From NCBI GenBank assembly GCA_044229975.1, contig JBGARZ010000002.1, positions 928,001-992,000 of the forward strand: a DNA stretch of 64,000 bases, given 5' to 3'. Position 1 is the first letter of the stretch; the number at the start of each line of letters is the position of its first letter. Of this stretch, positions 39,776 to 49,081 are shown piece after piece. Position numbers and translations under genes: made by a program. The notes under the pieces are model-generated. The model ran no database searches. It was not told the origin of the DNA and saw only the letters and a program-made list of their open reading frames with translations. Source of the stretch: Polyangiales bacterium (GTDB taxonomy: Bacteria > Myxococcota_A > Polyangia > Polyangiales > Ga0077539).

Positions 39776-41212
39776 TCAGCCGAGCAGACCTCGCCACACC
39801 AGCATGCGCGTGTCCGTCATCTCGGCGATGGCCGACCGGACGCCCTCGCGCCCCTGACCGGAGTCCTTCACGCCGCCGTAGGGCATCGCGTCGACGCGGA
39901 AGCTGGGCCCGTCGTCGAGCACCAGCGCCCCAACCTCCAGCCGCTGAAACGCCTTCGTCACCAGCGCGACGTCGCGCGTGAAGAGCCCCGCCTGCAGGCC
40001 GTGGCGGCTCGCGTTGACGGCGTCGATCATCGCGTCGGCGTCCCGCCACGGGTGCAGGGTCACCGCCGGGCCGAAGAGTTCTTCGTCGCACAGCTTCATC
40101 CCGGCGTGGGCGTCGACGACCACCGCGGGCGTCACCCTCGCTCCGTCCCGCTCGCCGCCGACGAGCACCCTCGCTCCACCCGCGACGGCCTCGTCCATCC
40201 ACCCGCGAACGCGCACCGCCGCCTTCTCGTCGATGAGCGCGCTGCACAGCGCGTCGGAGTCCATCGGGTCTCGCACCGCGAGCGCCGCCACCCGCGCGCA
40301 CAGCCGCTCGGTGAACGCCGCCGCGACGGACTCGTGGAGGAAGATGCGCTGGGCCTTGATGCACACCTGCCCGGCGTAGCCGAAGCCTCCGGCGATCGTT
40401 CGATCGAGGGCGCGGTCGAGGTCGGCGTCGGCGGCCACGATGAGCGCGGCGTTGCCACCGAGCTCGAGCACCGTGCGCTTGCGCGGCGCGATGTCCCGCA
40501 AGCGCCACCCCACGGGCCCCGAACCCGTGAACGACAGCACCCCGAGCCGCGGGTCACGCACGAGGGTCTCGGCCACGTCGACCGCGCACGACAGCACCGA
40601 GAGCATGGCGCGCGGAACGTCCGCGGCGTCGCACGCCTCGGCGATGACCTGCGCGAGGAACGCCGCGGTGAGCGGGGCCTGGGGTGCCGGCTTGAGCACG
40701 ACCGGCGCGCCCACCGCGAAGGCCGGCGAGAGCTTGTGGGCGACGAGGTTGAGCGGGAAGTTGAAGGGCGTGATCGCGAGCACCGGGGAGAGGGCGACGC
40801 GCCGGGTGATGCCCGCCGCGGACTCGCCCGCGGGCGTCTGGTCGAGCGGGAGCATCTCGCCGTGGAGGCGCGCGCTCTCCTCGGCTCCGAGCAGGAAGGT
40901 CTGCACGGCGCGATCGACCTCGGCCCGGGCGAGGGCGATGGGCTTGGCGACCTCTCGCGCCATGAGCGACGCAAACTCCTCGCGGCGCTGTTGGAGTGCG
41001 CGAGAGATGCCCGTGAGCAGCGCGCGGCGACGGTGGGCGGGCAGCCGCGACGTGGTCGGAAACGCCTCGGCCGCGAGTCGAGCGGCCTCGGCGGCGAGGC
41101 GGGCGTCGGCCAGCGAGGCGCGACCGAGGAGCGCTCCATCCCACGGGGCGCGGACGTCCTGGTGGGCGTCGGTGTCGACGAGCTGACCGGCGAGGGAGAC
41201 GAGTGCATCCAT
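39776..41212 (-). CDS. NAD(P)-dependent aldehyde dehydrogenase family protein
   Basis: ITPFNFPLNL, KPA, SFTGS, LELGGN, AGQVCI, EELFGP, PYGGVKDSGQGREG. Confidence 0.95.
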   Translation of the reverse strand: MDALVSLAGQLVDTDAHQDVRAPWDGALLGRASLADARLAAEAARLAAEAFPTTSRLPAHRRRALLTGISRALQQRREEFASLMAREVAKPIALARAEVDRAVQTFLLGAEESARLHGEMLPLDQTPAGESAAGITRRVALSPVLAITPFNFPLNLVAHKLSPAFAVGAPVVLKPAPQAPLTAAFLAQVIAEACDAADVPRAMLSVLSCAVDVAETLVRDPRLGVLSFTGSGPVGWRLRDIAPRKRTVLELGGNAALIVAADADLDRALDRTIAGGFGYAGQVCIKAQRIFLHESVAAAFTERLCARVAALAVRDPMDSDALCSALIDEKAAVRVRGWMDEAVAGGARVLVGGERDGARVTPAVVVDAHAGMKLCDEELFGPAVTLHPWRDADAMIDAVNASRHGLQAGLFTRDVALVTKAFQRLEVGALVLDDGPSFRVDAMPYGGVKDSGQGREGVRSAIAEMTDTRMLVWRGLLG

Positions 41213-41253
41213 GGCGATGAGGTGGTGGCGCTCATCGCGCCCGAGCGCAACCC

Positions 41254-42564
41254 CTACGGCGCGCGCAAGAGACCGTCGATGCGCTGCCGAAACTCGTCGA
41301 GCGGTCGGGCGCCCGACACGAGGTGACCGTTGACGAAGAACGACGGCGTGCCGAGGCGCAGGCCGGTCGCGCTGGCGGCGGCGATGTCAGCGTCGATGGC
41401 AGGTCGGTGACGGTGATCGGCGAGGGCGGCGCGCAGCCGGACGCGGTCGGCGCCAGACTCCACCGCGAGGCGCTCGACGACGGCGGGCGACAGCTCCTCC
41501 TCCGTGGACTGGGCCGCGAAGAGAGCGTCGTGCATGCGCCAGAACGCGGGCGCTCCCCCCTGGGCGAACACCTCGCGCGCGGCCTCGGCGGCGAGCAGGG
41601 CGTGCGCGTGACGGGGCAGCGGGAGGTCGCGCCAGACGACCCGGAGGCGGTCACCATAACGAGCGACGAGGGCATCGACGGTCGGCCGTGCGCGGGCACA
41701 GAACGGGCACTCGAAGTCGCTGAAGATCTGCATCACGACGGGCGCATCGGCCGGTCCGCGCGTCGGCGCCGTCGACGGGATCGCGATGTCATGGACGCCC
41801 GCCCACGGGTCGACCGTCGCGCGATTGGCCTCGGTCGAGGCGGGAGCCGGCACGGGCGAGCGCACCATGTCGACGTACACGCGCGTGGGGTCGCCGATGG
41901 TGGCGACGCGGGCGAACACCTGGCGCGCGACCGTCTCGAAGACCGCGAAGGGTTGGAGCCCCACGATGGGAGTTCCGTTGAGGACGAAGGCGGGCGTGCC
42001 GTCGAGGCCGAGGCGCTCGGCGAGGGCTACGTCGCCGTCGACCGCGGCGCGATGGACTCCGTCTTCGAGGGCGAGCGCGAGCCGCGCGGCGTCGACCCCG
42101 ACGGCGCGAGCATCGCGCAGGAGCGACTCGCGCGAGAGCTCGGCCTGGTGCGCGAAGAGCAGGTCGTGAAAGCGCCAGAACGCCTCGTCGCCCCCCTGCG
42201 CACGCACCTCCAGCGCGGCCTCGGCGGCGAGGTGCGCCTGCGGGTGTCGGAGCAGCGGGAGGTTGCGCCAAACGACGCGCACCGATCGCGGGAAGAGCGC
42301 GCGGAGGTCGCTCACGACGAGGCGCGCGCGCGCGCAGTACGGGCACTGGAAGTCGCTGAAGACGACCACCGTGAGGGGCGCCGCCGCGGGGCCGAGGCGC
42401 GGCGCATCGGCGACGGGCAGGCGCTCGCTGTCGATGAGGACGACGTCGGCGGGAGCGCCCCCGGGGGCGGCAGGGGGCGACGGGAGACAGCGTGGTGGTG
42501 GTGCGTAGCGCCCCGCGCAGGAGGCCAGCGCGAGCGCGAACGGGAGCAAGGCGCGGCGGGTCAT
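41254..42564 (-). CDS. Lipoprotein with two DsbA/thioredoxin domains
   Basis: Lipobox LALASC, FSDFQCPYC and FSDFECPFC, two GTP cis-Pro loops. Confidence 0.9.
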   Translation of the reverse strand: MTRRALLPFALALASCAGRYAPPPRCLPSPPAAPGGAPADVVLIDSERLPVADAPRLGPAAAPLTVVVFSDFQCPYCARARLVVSDLRALFPRSVRVVWRNLPLLRHPQAHLAAEAALEVRAQGGDEAFWRFHDLLFAHQAELSRESLLRDARAVGVDAARLALALEDGVHRAAVDGDVALAERLGLDGTPAFVLNGTPIVGLQPFAVFETVARQVFARVATIGDPTRVYVDMVRSPVPAPASTEANRATVDPWAGVHDIAIPSTAPTRGPADAPVVMQIFSDFECPFCARARPTVDALVARYGDRLRVVWRDLPLPRHAHALLAAEAAREVFAQGGAPAFWRMHDALFAAQSTEEELSPAVVERLAVESGADRVRLRAALADHRHRPAIDADIAAASATGLRLGTPSFFVNGHLVSGARPLDEFRQRIDGLLRAP

Positions 42565-42901
42565 GGGAGGTGCCACGGGCGGGCGACGTGGATGCACTCG
42601 GCGGGGTCGGCGGTCAACGGGTGGTCGCCAGAGCTCTCCTCGGGGAAGCGGCCGTCGCGCCGAGATTCAAGGGGGTTGGCGGTTGGCGCCCAGGTGAGAC
42701 GATGTGACCGCAGAGCCGCACGGACCGGTAGATTCCTGTGCCAATGGCTGGGGAAGGACTGTATTCTCGCGACGGTCTGACGAGCGTGGGCGCGGGCGCG
42801 GATCGTTCCGCTTTCGTGATCGACGCCGACGAAACAACTGACCCCCTTTGAGAACCCCGCGTCGGGGCTCCGCGGGGGTCCCAGCAGTGAGGGCGACGGG
42901 A

Positions 42902-44581
42902 ATGAGCAGAGGATCCAACCCGGTAGGTAAGAGGGTCGCGAAGACCGCGAGCGTCGTGGCCGCAATCGCGGCGGTGATGGGCCTCGCGCCCGACGCCGAC
43001 GCGCAGGTGATTTCGCGCTTCGCCCTTCGGCTGGAGGGTGGCGCCGGCACGATGCTCTCGGATCACCAGACAGCCGACCCGGTCACCGGGGGCCTCGGCT
43101 ACGGCCTCGGCATCCAGGGGACCGTGCGCCTCGGCTTCACCATCGTCGGCCCGTTGGTGCTCCAGGCCAGCCTCGCCAACTGGTGGTTTCCGACCGACAA
43201 CGGCACGGGCCGCATCCTCGCCCCGATGGGGGGTCTCCGCATCGAGCCCCGCATCGGGTCGGTCGGTCGGCTCTTCATCGATGGCAACGTCGGCTGGGCG
43301 TTTACGGGCAACGACGAGCGCCTGACCTTCGACGCGGGCCTCGGCTTCGAGTTCGCGGTCACCCGCTGGCTTGGCATCGGCCCGGCGGTGCGCGTCGGGA
43401 TGGTCTTCCAGGACAGCACCGATGCGCTCGGGCAGGTCATCAACGCGCCCAACGACTCCAACGCGCTCTACTGGAGCGGCGGCATCTCGCTCGCGCTCCG
43501 CGTCCCCGAGGACGAGCAGCCCACCGCCCGCGACACCGACAACGACGGGGTGATGGACCCTGACGACCTCTGTGTCGACACGCCGCAGGGCGACCACCCC
43601 GATCCCTCGCGTCGCGGCTGCCCGGTGGCCGACACCGACGGCGACGGCGTCTATGACAACGAAGACCTCTGCGTCAACGAGCCGGCCGGCGCCACGCCCG
43701 ACCCGGCCCGCCGCGGCTGCCCCATCAGCGACCGCGACGGCGACGGCGTGCCCGACGCCGAAGACCAGTGTCCGACGGAGCCGCAGGGCGCCTCGCCCGA
43801 CCCGGCCCGCCGCGGCTGCCCGCGTGGTGACGCCGACCGCGACGGCGTGTTCGACGATGAAGATCAGTGCGTCAACGAGCCGGCCGGCGCGCGCCCGAGC
43901 ACGACCCGCCGCGGCTGCCCCGCGCCCGACGCCGACCACGACGGCATCATCGACCAGCCGGAAGGTCCCGATCGCTGCCCGACGCAGCCCGAGACCTTCA
44001 ACGGCCGCGACGACGACGACGGCTGCCCCGACGGCGAGGCGCTCGCCCAGCAGGACGGCAACAGCATCCGCATCCTCCAGCAGGTGAACTTCCGCACCGA
44101 CCGCGACGAGATCGTCGGTCGTCAGAGCTTCCAGGTGCTCGACTCGGTGGTCTCCATCCTCCGCGTGATGGGCAACCTCCAGGTCGACATCCAGGGCCAC
44201 ACCGATGACCGCGGCGACGCGGCCCACAACCTCGATCTCTCCAACCGCCGCGCCCTCTCGGTGCGCACGTACCTCGTCGCCCACGGCATCAACGAGAGCC
44301 GCCTCGAAGGCCACGGCTTCGGCCCCAACTGCCCGATGATCCCGGGCAGCACCAGCGCGGCGCGCGCGGCCAACCGTCGCGTGCAGTTCGTCATCGTCAC
44401 CCCCGACACCCCGGCGGGTCGCTGCGCCAACGCGGCGCCCTCGGGCACCGGCCCGGCGGCGGTCTCCATCGCGGCGCCGGTCGAGGACGCCCCCGCGGGT
44501 CGTCACGGTCGTCACGGCCGCGGCGGTCGTCACGGCGGCGGCCACGGCGGCGGCGGTGGTCATCACCGTCGGCGTCACTGA
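42902..44581 (+). CDS. OmpA-family outer-membrane protein: beta-barrel, thrombospondin type-3 (Ca-binding) repeats, OmpA C-domain and a His/Gly-rich tail
   Basis: Signal ..ADA/Q, alternating beta-strands, five DxDxDG..D.C repeats, QGHTDDRG..NLDLSNRRA..NRRVQF. Start uncertain. Confidence 0.9.
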   Translation: MSRGSNPVGKRVAKTASVVAAIAAVMGLAPDADAQVISRFALRLEGGAGTMLSDHQTADPVTGGLGYGLGIQGTVRLGFTIVGPLVLQASLANWWFPTDNGTGRILAPMGGLRIEPRIGSVGRLFIDGNVGWAFTGNDERLTFDAGLGFEFAVTRWLGIGPAVRVGMVFQDSTDALGQVINAPNDSNALYWSGGISLALRVPEDEQPTARDTDNDGVMDPDDLCVDTPQGDHPDPSRRGCPVADTDGDGVYDNEDLCVNEPAGATPDPARRGCPISDRDGDGVPDAEDQCPTEPQGASPDPARRGCPRGDADRDGVFDDEDQCVNEPAGARPSTTRRGCPAPDADHDGIIDQPEGPDRCPTQPETFNGRDDDDGCPDGEALAQQDGNSIRILQQVNFRTDRDEIVGRQSFQVLDSVVSILRVMGNLQVDIQGHTDDRGDAAHNLDLSNRRALSVRTYLVAHGINESRLEGHGFGPNCPMIPGSTSAARAANRRVQFVIVTPDTPAGRCANAAPSGTGPAAVSIAAPVEDAPAGRHGRHGRGGRHGGGHGGGGGHHRRRH

Positions 44582-44613
44582 TCGCGCGCTGACGGTCCCA
44601 GCGACCTGAACAA

Positions 44614-44643
44614 AGGCCCCGGCGGAGTGATCCACCGGGGCCT
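44614..44643. terminator. GC-rich hairpin between convergent genes (probable terminator)
   Basis: AGGCCCCGG-CGGA-GTGA-TCCA-CCGGGGCCT, flanked by CAAA and GAGTTTA. Confidence 0.6.
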
Positions 44644-44703
44644 GAGTTTATCTGGGGCTGTAAGAATCGGGACGGGAAGGCGGGGCGATTGCCCCGCGGA
44701 CGA

Positions 44704-45018
44704 TCAGGCCCAGCAGCGGAGGAGGTAGTCGGCGAGGCGCACACGCTGCTCGCGCGAGAGCCCCACGAACCGAACGCCCACGCCGCGGTCGCGCGAGGCG
44801 CCGGTGACCTCCACCTCGACCCGCAGCGCGCCGTCGCGATCGGGCAGGCGCAGCTCCAACATCAGTCGGGTGCCGGTGGGGTGGGCGACGCCGCGGTCGA
44901 GCGAGAGGCCGCCGAGCGAGAGGTCGCGGGCGCGCAGCACATGGGCGCCGACGTCTCCTTCTGCCTCGACCCAGAGGTCGAGGTCGGTGCGCTCGTTGCT
45001 GCGACGATCGAGGTGCAT
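44704..45018 (-). CDS. Single-domain PilZ (c-di-GMP receptor) protein
   Basis: RRSNER (RxxxR), DLSLGG (DxSxxG), GVGVRF. GGAGG RBS before MHLDRR. Confidence 0.88.
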   Translation of the reverse strand: MHLDRRSNERTDLDLWVEAEGDVGAHVLRARDLSLGGLSLDRGVAHPTGTRLMLELRLPDRDGALRVEVEVTGASRDRGVGVRFVGLSREQRVRLADYLLRCWA

Positions 45019-45058
45019 GCGGGGTGCCTCCTGCGACGGGTTCATGGTGTCCACGGCT

Positions 45059-45496
45059 TCAGCGAGCGGCGGTGCGGCGGTCGGGCGTCGGGGTTCCGAA
45101 GAGGCCGGGGTCGCCGGCGATGACGGTCTCACCGCGCAGCCGCCAGGCGCCCTCGCGGCTCTCCCACTGCTCCTCGACGAGGCTCTGCTTCACGTCCGTC
45201 GAGTCGCCCGCGTGCACCCACGCGACCCGCAGCCGCGCGCTCCCGCGGTTCTGGTTGGAGCGGAGGCTCTCCACCTCCACGTCGATGACCTGCACCGTCT
45301 GCCCCCAGCCGCGGTGATGCGCCTGGAAGGCCACGCGCATCTCGGTGTCGACGGCGGTCTCGGCCGCGGGCAGGCGCCCCCAGCGCAGGTCGTCGTGAAA
45401 CACCGCCGCGGTCTCGTCGAGGGTCTGCCGCATGGAGGTGTTGCACCCCGCGGTCATCAGCAGCCCCGCGCACGCCAGCAGTCGGAGATTTCGCAT
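45059..45496 (-). CDS. Hypothetical lipoprotein (NTF2/cystatin-like fold possible)
   Basis: Lipobox MTAGC, FHDDLRWGR, EQW..WRL. Confidence 0.75.
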   Translation of the reverse strand: MRNLRLLACAGLLMTAGCNTSMRQTLDETAAVFHDDLRWGRLPAAETAVDTEMRVAFQAHHRGWGQTVQVIDVEVESLRSNQNRGSARLRVAWVHAGDSTDVKQSLVEEQWESREGAWRLRGETVIAGDPGLFGTPTPDRRTAAR

Positions 45497-45519
45497 GCTC
45501 GGCGCCTAGCACCGCCGAC

Positions 45520-46386
45520 CTAGGCGACGAAAATTTCCTGCGCCTTTCGCGGCGGAGCGGCCTTCTCCCGGATCACCTCGTCCAGGGCCCGCACCTCCAG
45601 CTCCAGCGACTCGCTCGCGAGGTCGACGTCCGCGACGTGCGGGTCGGCGATGCGAACGCTGCTCGCCAGGTGCGCGTCGAGGCTGGCGTGCGCCCTCTCC
45701 AGGGCGACCACGTGGGACTCCACCCGCGCGACGATCCAAGCCGGAGCTGCGCCGCGCATCCGCGCCGCGGCGAGGGTGTGGCTCAGGGCGGCGAGGGAGG
45801 TCCACGCCCGCTCGATGCGCGCGGTGACGTCGGGGTCGACCCGGTGTTCGAGCTCGACGAGCGCCACGCGACGGCGGAGGTCGAGGGCCCGCGCGAGGGC
45901 TTCGTCCACCTGCTCGCGACGCGGCAGCGCCGCCCACCGGAGAGACGTAGCGACGAAGTCGTCGACGCCCACGAGCGCGCCCAGGGACGCCAGCAGCCCT
46001 GCGACCATCACGGCCGCGAGGCGCACCACGATCGAGGGGTCGCCGCCGTAGCGCGACGCCACCCACGCGCCGGACGCTCCCCCCACGAGCGAGAGCCCGA
46101 CGATCGCGCGACGGGCACGACCATCGGCACCGCGCGACGCCCGCACGGCCCAGACGCCGACGCACCACAGGGCGCCCCCGAGCACCGGATGATAGACCCC
46201 CAGCGACGCGCAGATCAGCGCCGCGAGGGAACCAGCGACGAGCGCCAGCGGGCTCCACCGACCGTCGACCAGCGCCGCGACGCCGCACGACGCCGCGACG
46301 GCCACGAGGGCGGAGGGCGCCCCGGTCACCAGCGACGCGCCGACGAGCGCCGCGCCCAACACCACGACACGCACCATGGGGTTCAT
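45520..46386 (-). CDS. Hypothetical membrane protein with a C-terminal helical/coiled region
   Basis: About 5-6 TM segments followed by a soluble helical domain. Starts 3 nt after the VWA gene stop. Confidence 0.75.
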   Translation of the reverse strand: MNPMVRVVVLGAALVGASLVTGAPSALVAVAASCGVAALVDGRWSPLALVAGSLAALICASLGVYHPVLGGALWCVGVWAVRASRGADGRARRAIVGLSLVGGASGAWVASRYGGDPSIVVRLAAVMVAGLLASLGALVGVDDFVATSLRWAALPRREQVDEALARALDLRRRVALVELEHRVDPDVTARIERAWTSLAALSHTLAAARMRGAAPAWIVARVESHVVALERAHASLDAHLASSVRIADPHVADVDLASESLELEVRALDEVIREKAAPPRKAQEIFVA

Positions 46387-46389
46387 GGC

Positions 46390-47862
46390 TCAGTAGCCCG
46401 AGCCGCTGCGCATCGCGCGGCGGTGGACGGCGTTGGAGCCGAGGCCGAAGGCGCGCCCCTCGTCGCTCGCGGCGCTCATGCTGTTGAAGTTGGCGCGGTC
46501 GGTGTTGTAGCTGCGAATCTGCGCGGCGCGGGCGGCCGTCGGGGCGGCGGCCTGTAGCTGCTCCAGCGCCAGGACGTTGCCCTGCGAGATGCTCTCGGCC
46601 TCGGCGACGCGACCGTCGCGCCACGCCTGGACGGCGTCCTGCTGGCGGGCGGCGAGGGCGATGGACTCCGCGTCGGCGAACACCGCGGGCTCGCGCGAAG
46701 CGAGCGCGGCGGCGGGGTCATCGACGAGACCGAGGGGCAGGGCCTCGACGGCGACGCGCACGTCACGGCGCTCGGGGACGGCGCGCCACGAGAGGCTCGC
46801 GCCGAGGGACCCGGCCGTGGCCGCGTCGGTGTCGCCCGCGACGACGAGGTCGAGCACGACGCGGCGGTGATCGCCCGCGGACATGGCCCCGACGGGCAGA
46901 CGAAGGTGCGTGCCGCGGGTCTCGGCCTCGACGCCGTAGGCGCGGGCGAGGCTCCACCCGGCAGGGAGTTCGAGGTCGACGGCGGCGCGGTCGACGTTGG
47001 TGCGCTCGGCGGCGTTGAGCTCGCGCCCGAGGAAGGCCCGGAGCTGCACCCCATCACGGAGGAACTCGTAGTTGCCGCGGCCCGCGTCGGCCACGCGGCT
47101 CATGTACGCCTCGTCATAGTCGGCGCCGACACCCAGCGACGAGAGGGTCACCCCGCGGTCGGAGCGCAGCCGCACGCTGTTGGCCACGCGGTCGAGGCTC
47201 TGCCCCGAGCCGTCGCGGCCGTCGGAGACGAGCACCACGCGCCGCACGAGGTCGCCGCCGCCGCCGTCGCCGAGCGCGGCCGCCCCTGCTTCGAGGCCCG
47301 CGGGGATGTTGGTGCCCGAGATGGTGTCCAGCGTCGGGACCACCGCCTGGAGGCGCGAGCGCACGTCGCCGACGCGCGCGAGGGGCTGCACCACGTTGGC
47401 CGAGTCGCTGTACGTGACGAGGGCGATGCGGTCGTCGTCGCGCATGCCCGCGAGGGTGTCGAGCACCGCCCCGCGCGCCTGGGCCATCTTCTCGCCGGCC
47501 ATCGAGCCCGAGACGTCCACCACGAGGGCCATCGCGATGGGCGCCCGGCGGACGTCTTCGGCGCGACGGTCGGCGTCGATGTCGACGACGGCGTAGACGT
47601 GACCGCCGCGGCGCCCGATGGAGCCCTGCGAGAGCGCGACGGTGGCCGACAGTTGCGGTCCGTGGACGGTGCGGCGGGGCGCGCGGGCCGGACCCGCCGG
47701 GCGCTCGACGGTGACCGTGGTGGTCGTGGTGGTGGTGGGCGCGGTGACGCCCGCGCGGGGCGCCCGCAGCAGGACCACCCCGCCCGCGGCGAGGGCCACG
47801 CAGCCGGCCGCAACGGCGTGGAGCGAGCGACGATCGAACACGAGGCGACGCAGTGGACTCAT
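46390..47862 (-). CDS. Membrane-anchored von Willebrand factor A (YfbK-like) protein
   Basis: N-terminal TM, MIDAS DVSGSM, GTNIPAGL, VLVSDG, LGVGADYDE..GRGNY. AGGGAGG RBS. Confidence 0.9.
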   Translation of the reverse strand: MSPLRRLVFDRRSLHAVAAGCVALAAGGVVLLRAPRAGVTAPTTTTTTTVTVERPAGPARAPRRTVHGPQLSATVALSQGSIGRRGGHVYAVVDIDADRRAEDVRRAPIAMALVVDVSGSMAGEKMAQARGAVLDTLAGMRDDDRIALVTYSDSANVVQPLARVGDVRSRLQAVVPTLDTISGTNIPAGLEAGAAALGDGGGGDLVRRVVLVSDGRDGSGQSLDRVANSVRLRSDRGVTLSSLGVGADYDEAYMSRVADAGRGNYEFLRDGVQLRAFLGRELNAAERTNVDRAAVDLELPAGWSLARAYGVEAETRGTHLRLPVGAMSAGDHRRVVLDLVVAGDTDAATAGSLGASLSWRAVPERRDVRVAVEALPLGLVDDPAAALASREPAVFADAESIALAARQQDAVQAWRDGRVAEAESISQGNVLALEQLQAAAPTAARAAQIRSYNTDRANFNSMSAASDEGRAFGLGSNAVHRRAMRSGSGY

Positions 47863-47939
47863 CGGAACCTCCCTTTGGTGTGGTGACCGATCCGTCGGAC
47901 GCGCGACCTCGAACGACGGTCTATCCGACCGCGCGATGG

Positions 47940-48002
47940 CCTTCGTCGACGAAGGGTCCGCTTCGCTCTTTACCCGCGGCGCGGGCTGTGACATTCACTG
48001 TC
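47940..48002. promoter_or_regulatory. Candidate operator sites of the WYL regulator
   Basis: Perfect 16-bp palindrome CCTTCGTCGACGAAGG (47940-47955), and GACA-N5-TGTC (47990-48002) immediately before the WYL start. Confidence 0.45.
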
Positions 48003-48007
48003 CCGCC

Positions 48008-49015
48008 ATGCCGCGTCGCCCTTCTCCCGGCCGTCCCGCGGGCCAGTACACCCAGGCGGTGCGCCTCTTCCAGTTGCACCAGCTCCTGGAGAGCAGCGTC
48101 GAGGGCGTTCGCATCGAGGAGATCGCGCGCGACCTCGGCGTGACCCCGCGCTCCATCCGTCGCGACCTCAAGGCGTTGGAGGCGGCCAACATCCCGCTCG
48201 AAGCCGTCGACGTGGAGGGCGAGCGTCGCATCCGCGTGGTGCGCGCGGGCAAGGCCACCGACCCGGTGCGCCTCACGCGCTACCAGCGCTACTCGCTCTC
48301 GGCGGTGCGGCGGATGTTCGACGTGTTCACGGGCACGCCCCTGCACGACGACTTCTCGCAGCTCTTCGCGAAGCTCACCCCGACGGGCGACGAGGAGGGA
48401 GCGATGGCCGATCGCTTCCACTACATCCCCGAGGCGCCGCGCAACTACCGCAAGCTCAAGGACCAGGTCTACGAGGTCTACGACGGCATCCTGCGGACGT
48501 TGACGTTGCAGTTTCACTACGACGGCGGGACGACGCCGGGCACGCGCAAGGTCGAGCCCTACGCGCTGGTGCTCTATCAAAACCGCCTCTACGTGGTCGG
48601 CCGCGACGTGCAGAAGGACGCCGAGCGAACCTTCGCCATCGACCTCATGAAGCGGGTGCGCGCGCTCACGGCGGCGCCCTTCAAGCGCAACCCGGAGTTC
48701 AACGCGTCGCGGCTCTTCGAGGGCGCGTTTGGCATCTTCGGCGGCGGCGAGCGGCAGCACGTGGTGGTCGACTTCGACGCGCGCGTCGCCTCGTACATCG
48801 AGCCGCGCGAGTGGCACCCGACGCAGAAGTGCACGCGCCTCCCCGACGGTGACCTGCGGGTGGAGTTCGACGTGACGGGGCTCACCGAGGTGGTGGGCTG
48901 GGTGCTGCGCTGGGGTTCGGCGGCGGTGGTGCGCGAGCCCGACGACCTCAAGCGGCGCGTGCGCGACGAGCTCGCCCGCGGGCTCGATCGCTACGGCGGC
49001 GACTCCGCGGGTTGA
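48008..49015 (+). CDS. HTH-WYL-WCX transcriptional regulator (PafB/YafY-like)
   Basis: HTH IEEIARDLGVTPRSIRRDLKAL, RKVEPYALV..RLYVVG..RTFAID, WHPTQ, WVLRWGSAAVVREP. Confidence 0.93.
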   Translation: MPRRPSPGRPAGQYTQAVRLFQLHQLLESSVEGVRIEEIARDLGVTPRSIRRDLKALEAANIPLEAVDVEGERRIRVVRAGKATDPVRLTRYQRYSLSAVRRMFDVFTGTPLHDDFSQLFAKLTPTGDEEGAMADRFHYIPEAPRNYRKLKDQVYEVYDGILRTLTLQFHYDGGTTPGTRKVEPYALVLYQNRLYVVGRDVQKDAERTFAIDLMKRVRALTAAPFKRNPEFNASRLFEGAFGIFGGGERQHVVVDFDARVASYIEPREWHPTQKCTRLPDGDLRVEFDVTGLTEVVGWVLRWGSAAVVREPDDLKRRVRDELARGLDRYGGDSAG

Positions 49016-49081
49016 CCCCCTCGCCGACGGCCGAACGTTGTGAGTCCTCGCCGCAACGACTGCTAGAGAGAACCCAAAGGC

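Noticed and set aside
42600..42900. Riboswitch upstream of the OmpA gene
   Set aside because: Only a GC hairpin (CCCCGCG..CGCGGGG, ~42855-42878) is visible and I recognise no riboswitch consensus. An Rfam/Infernal search would be needed.
42614..44635. Long antisense ORFs here and at 5324..7741, 53776..55044 and 56329..58290
   Set aside because: They mirror well-supported genes on the opposite strand and are a high-GC artefact.
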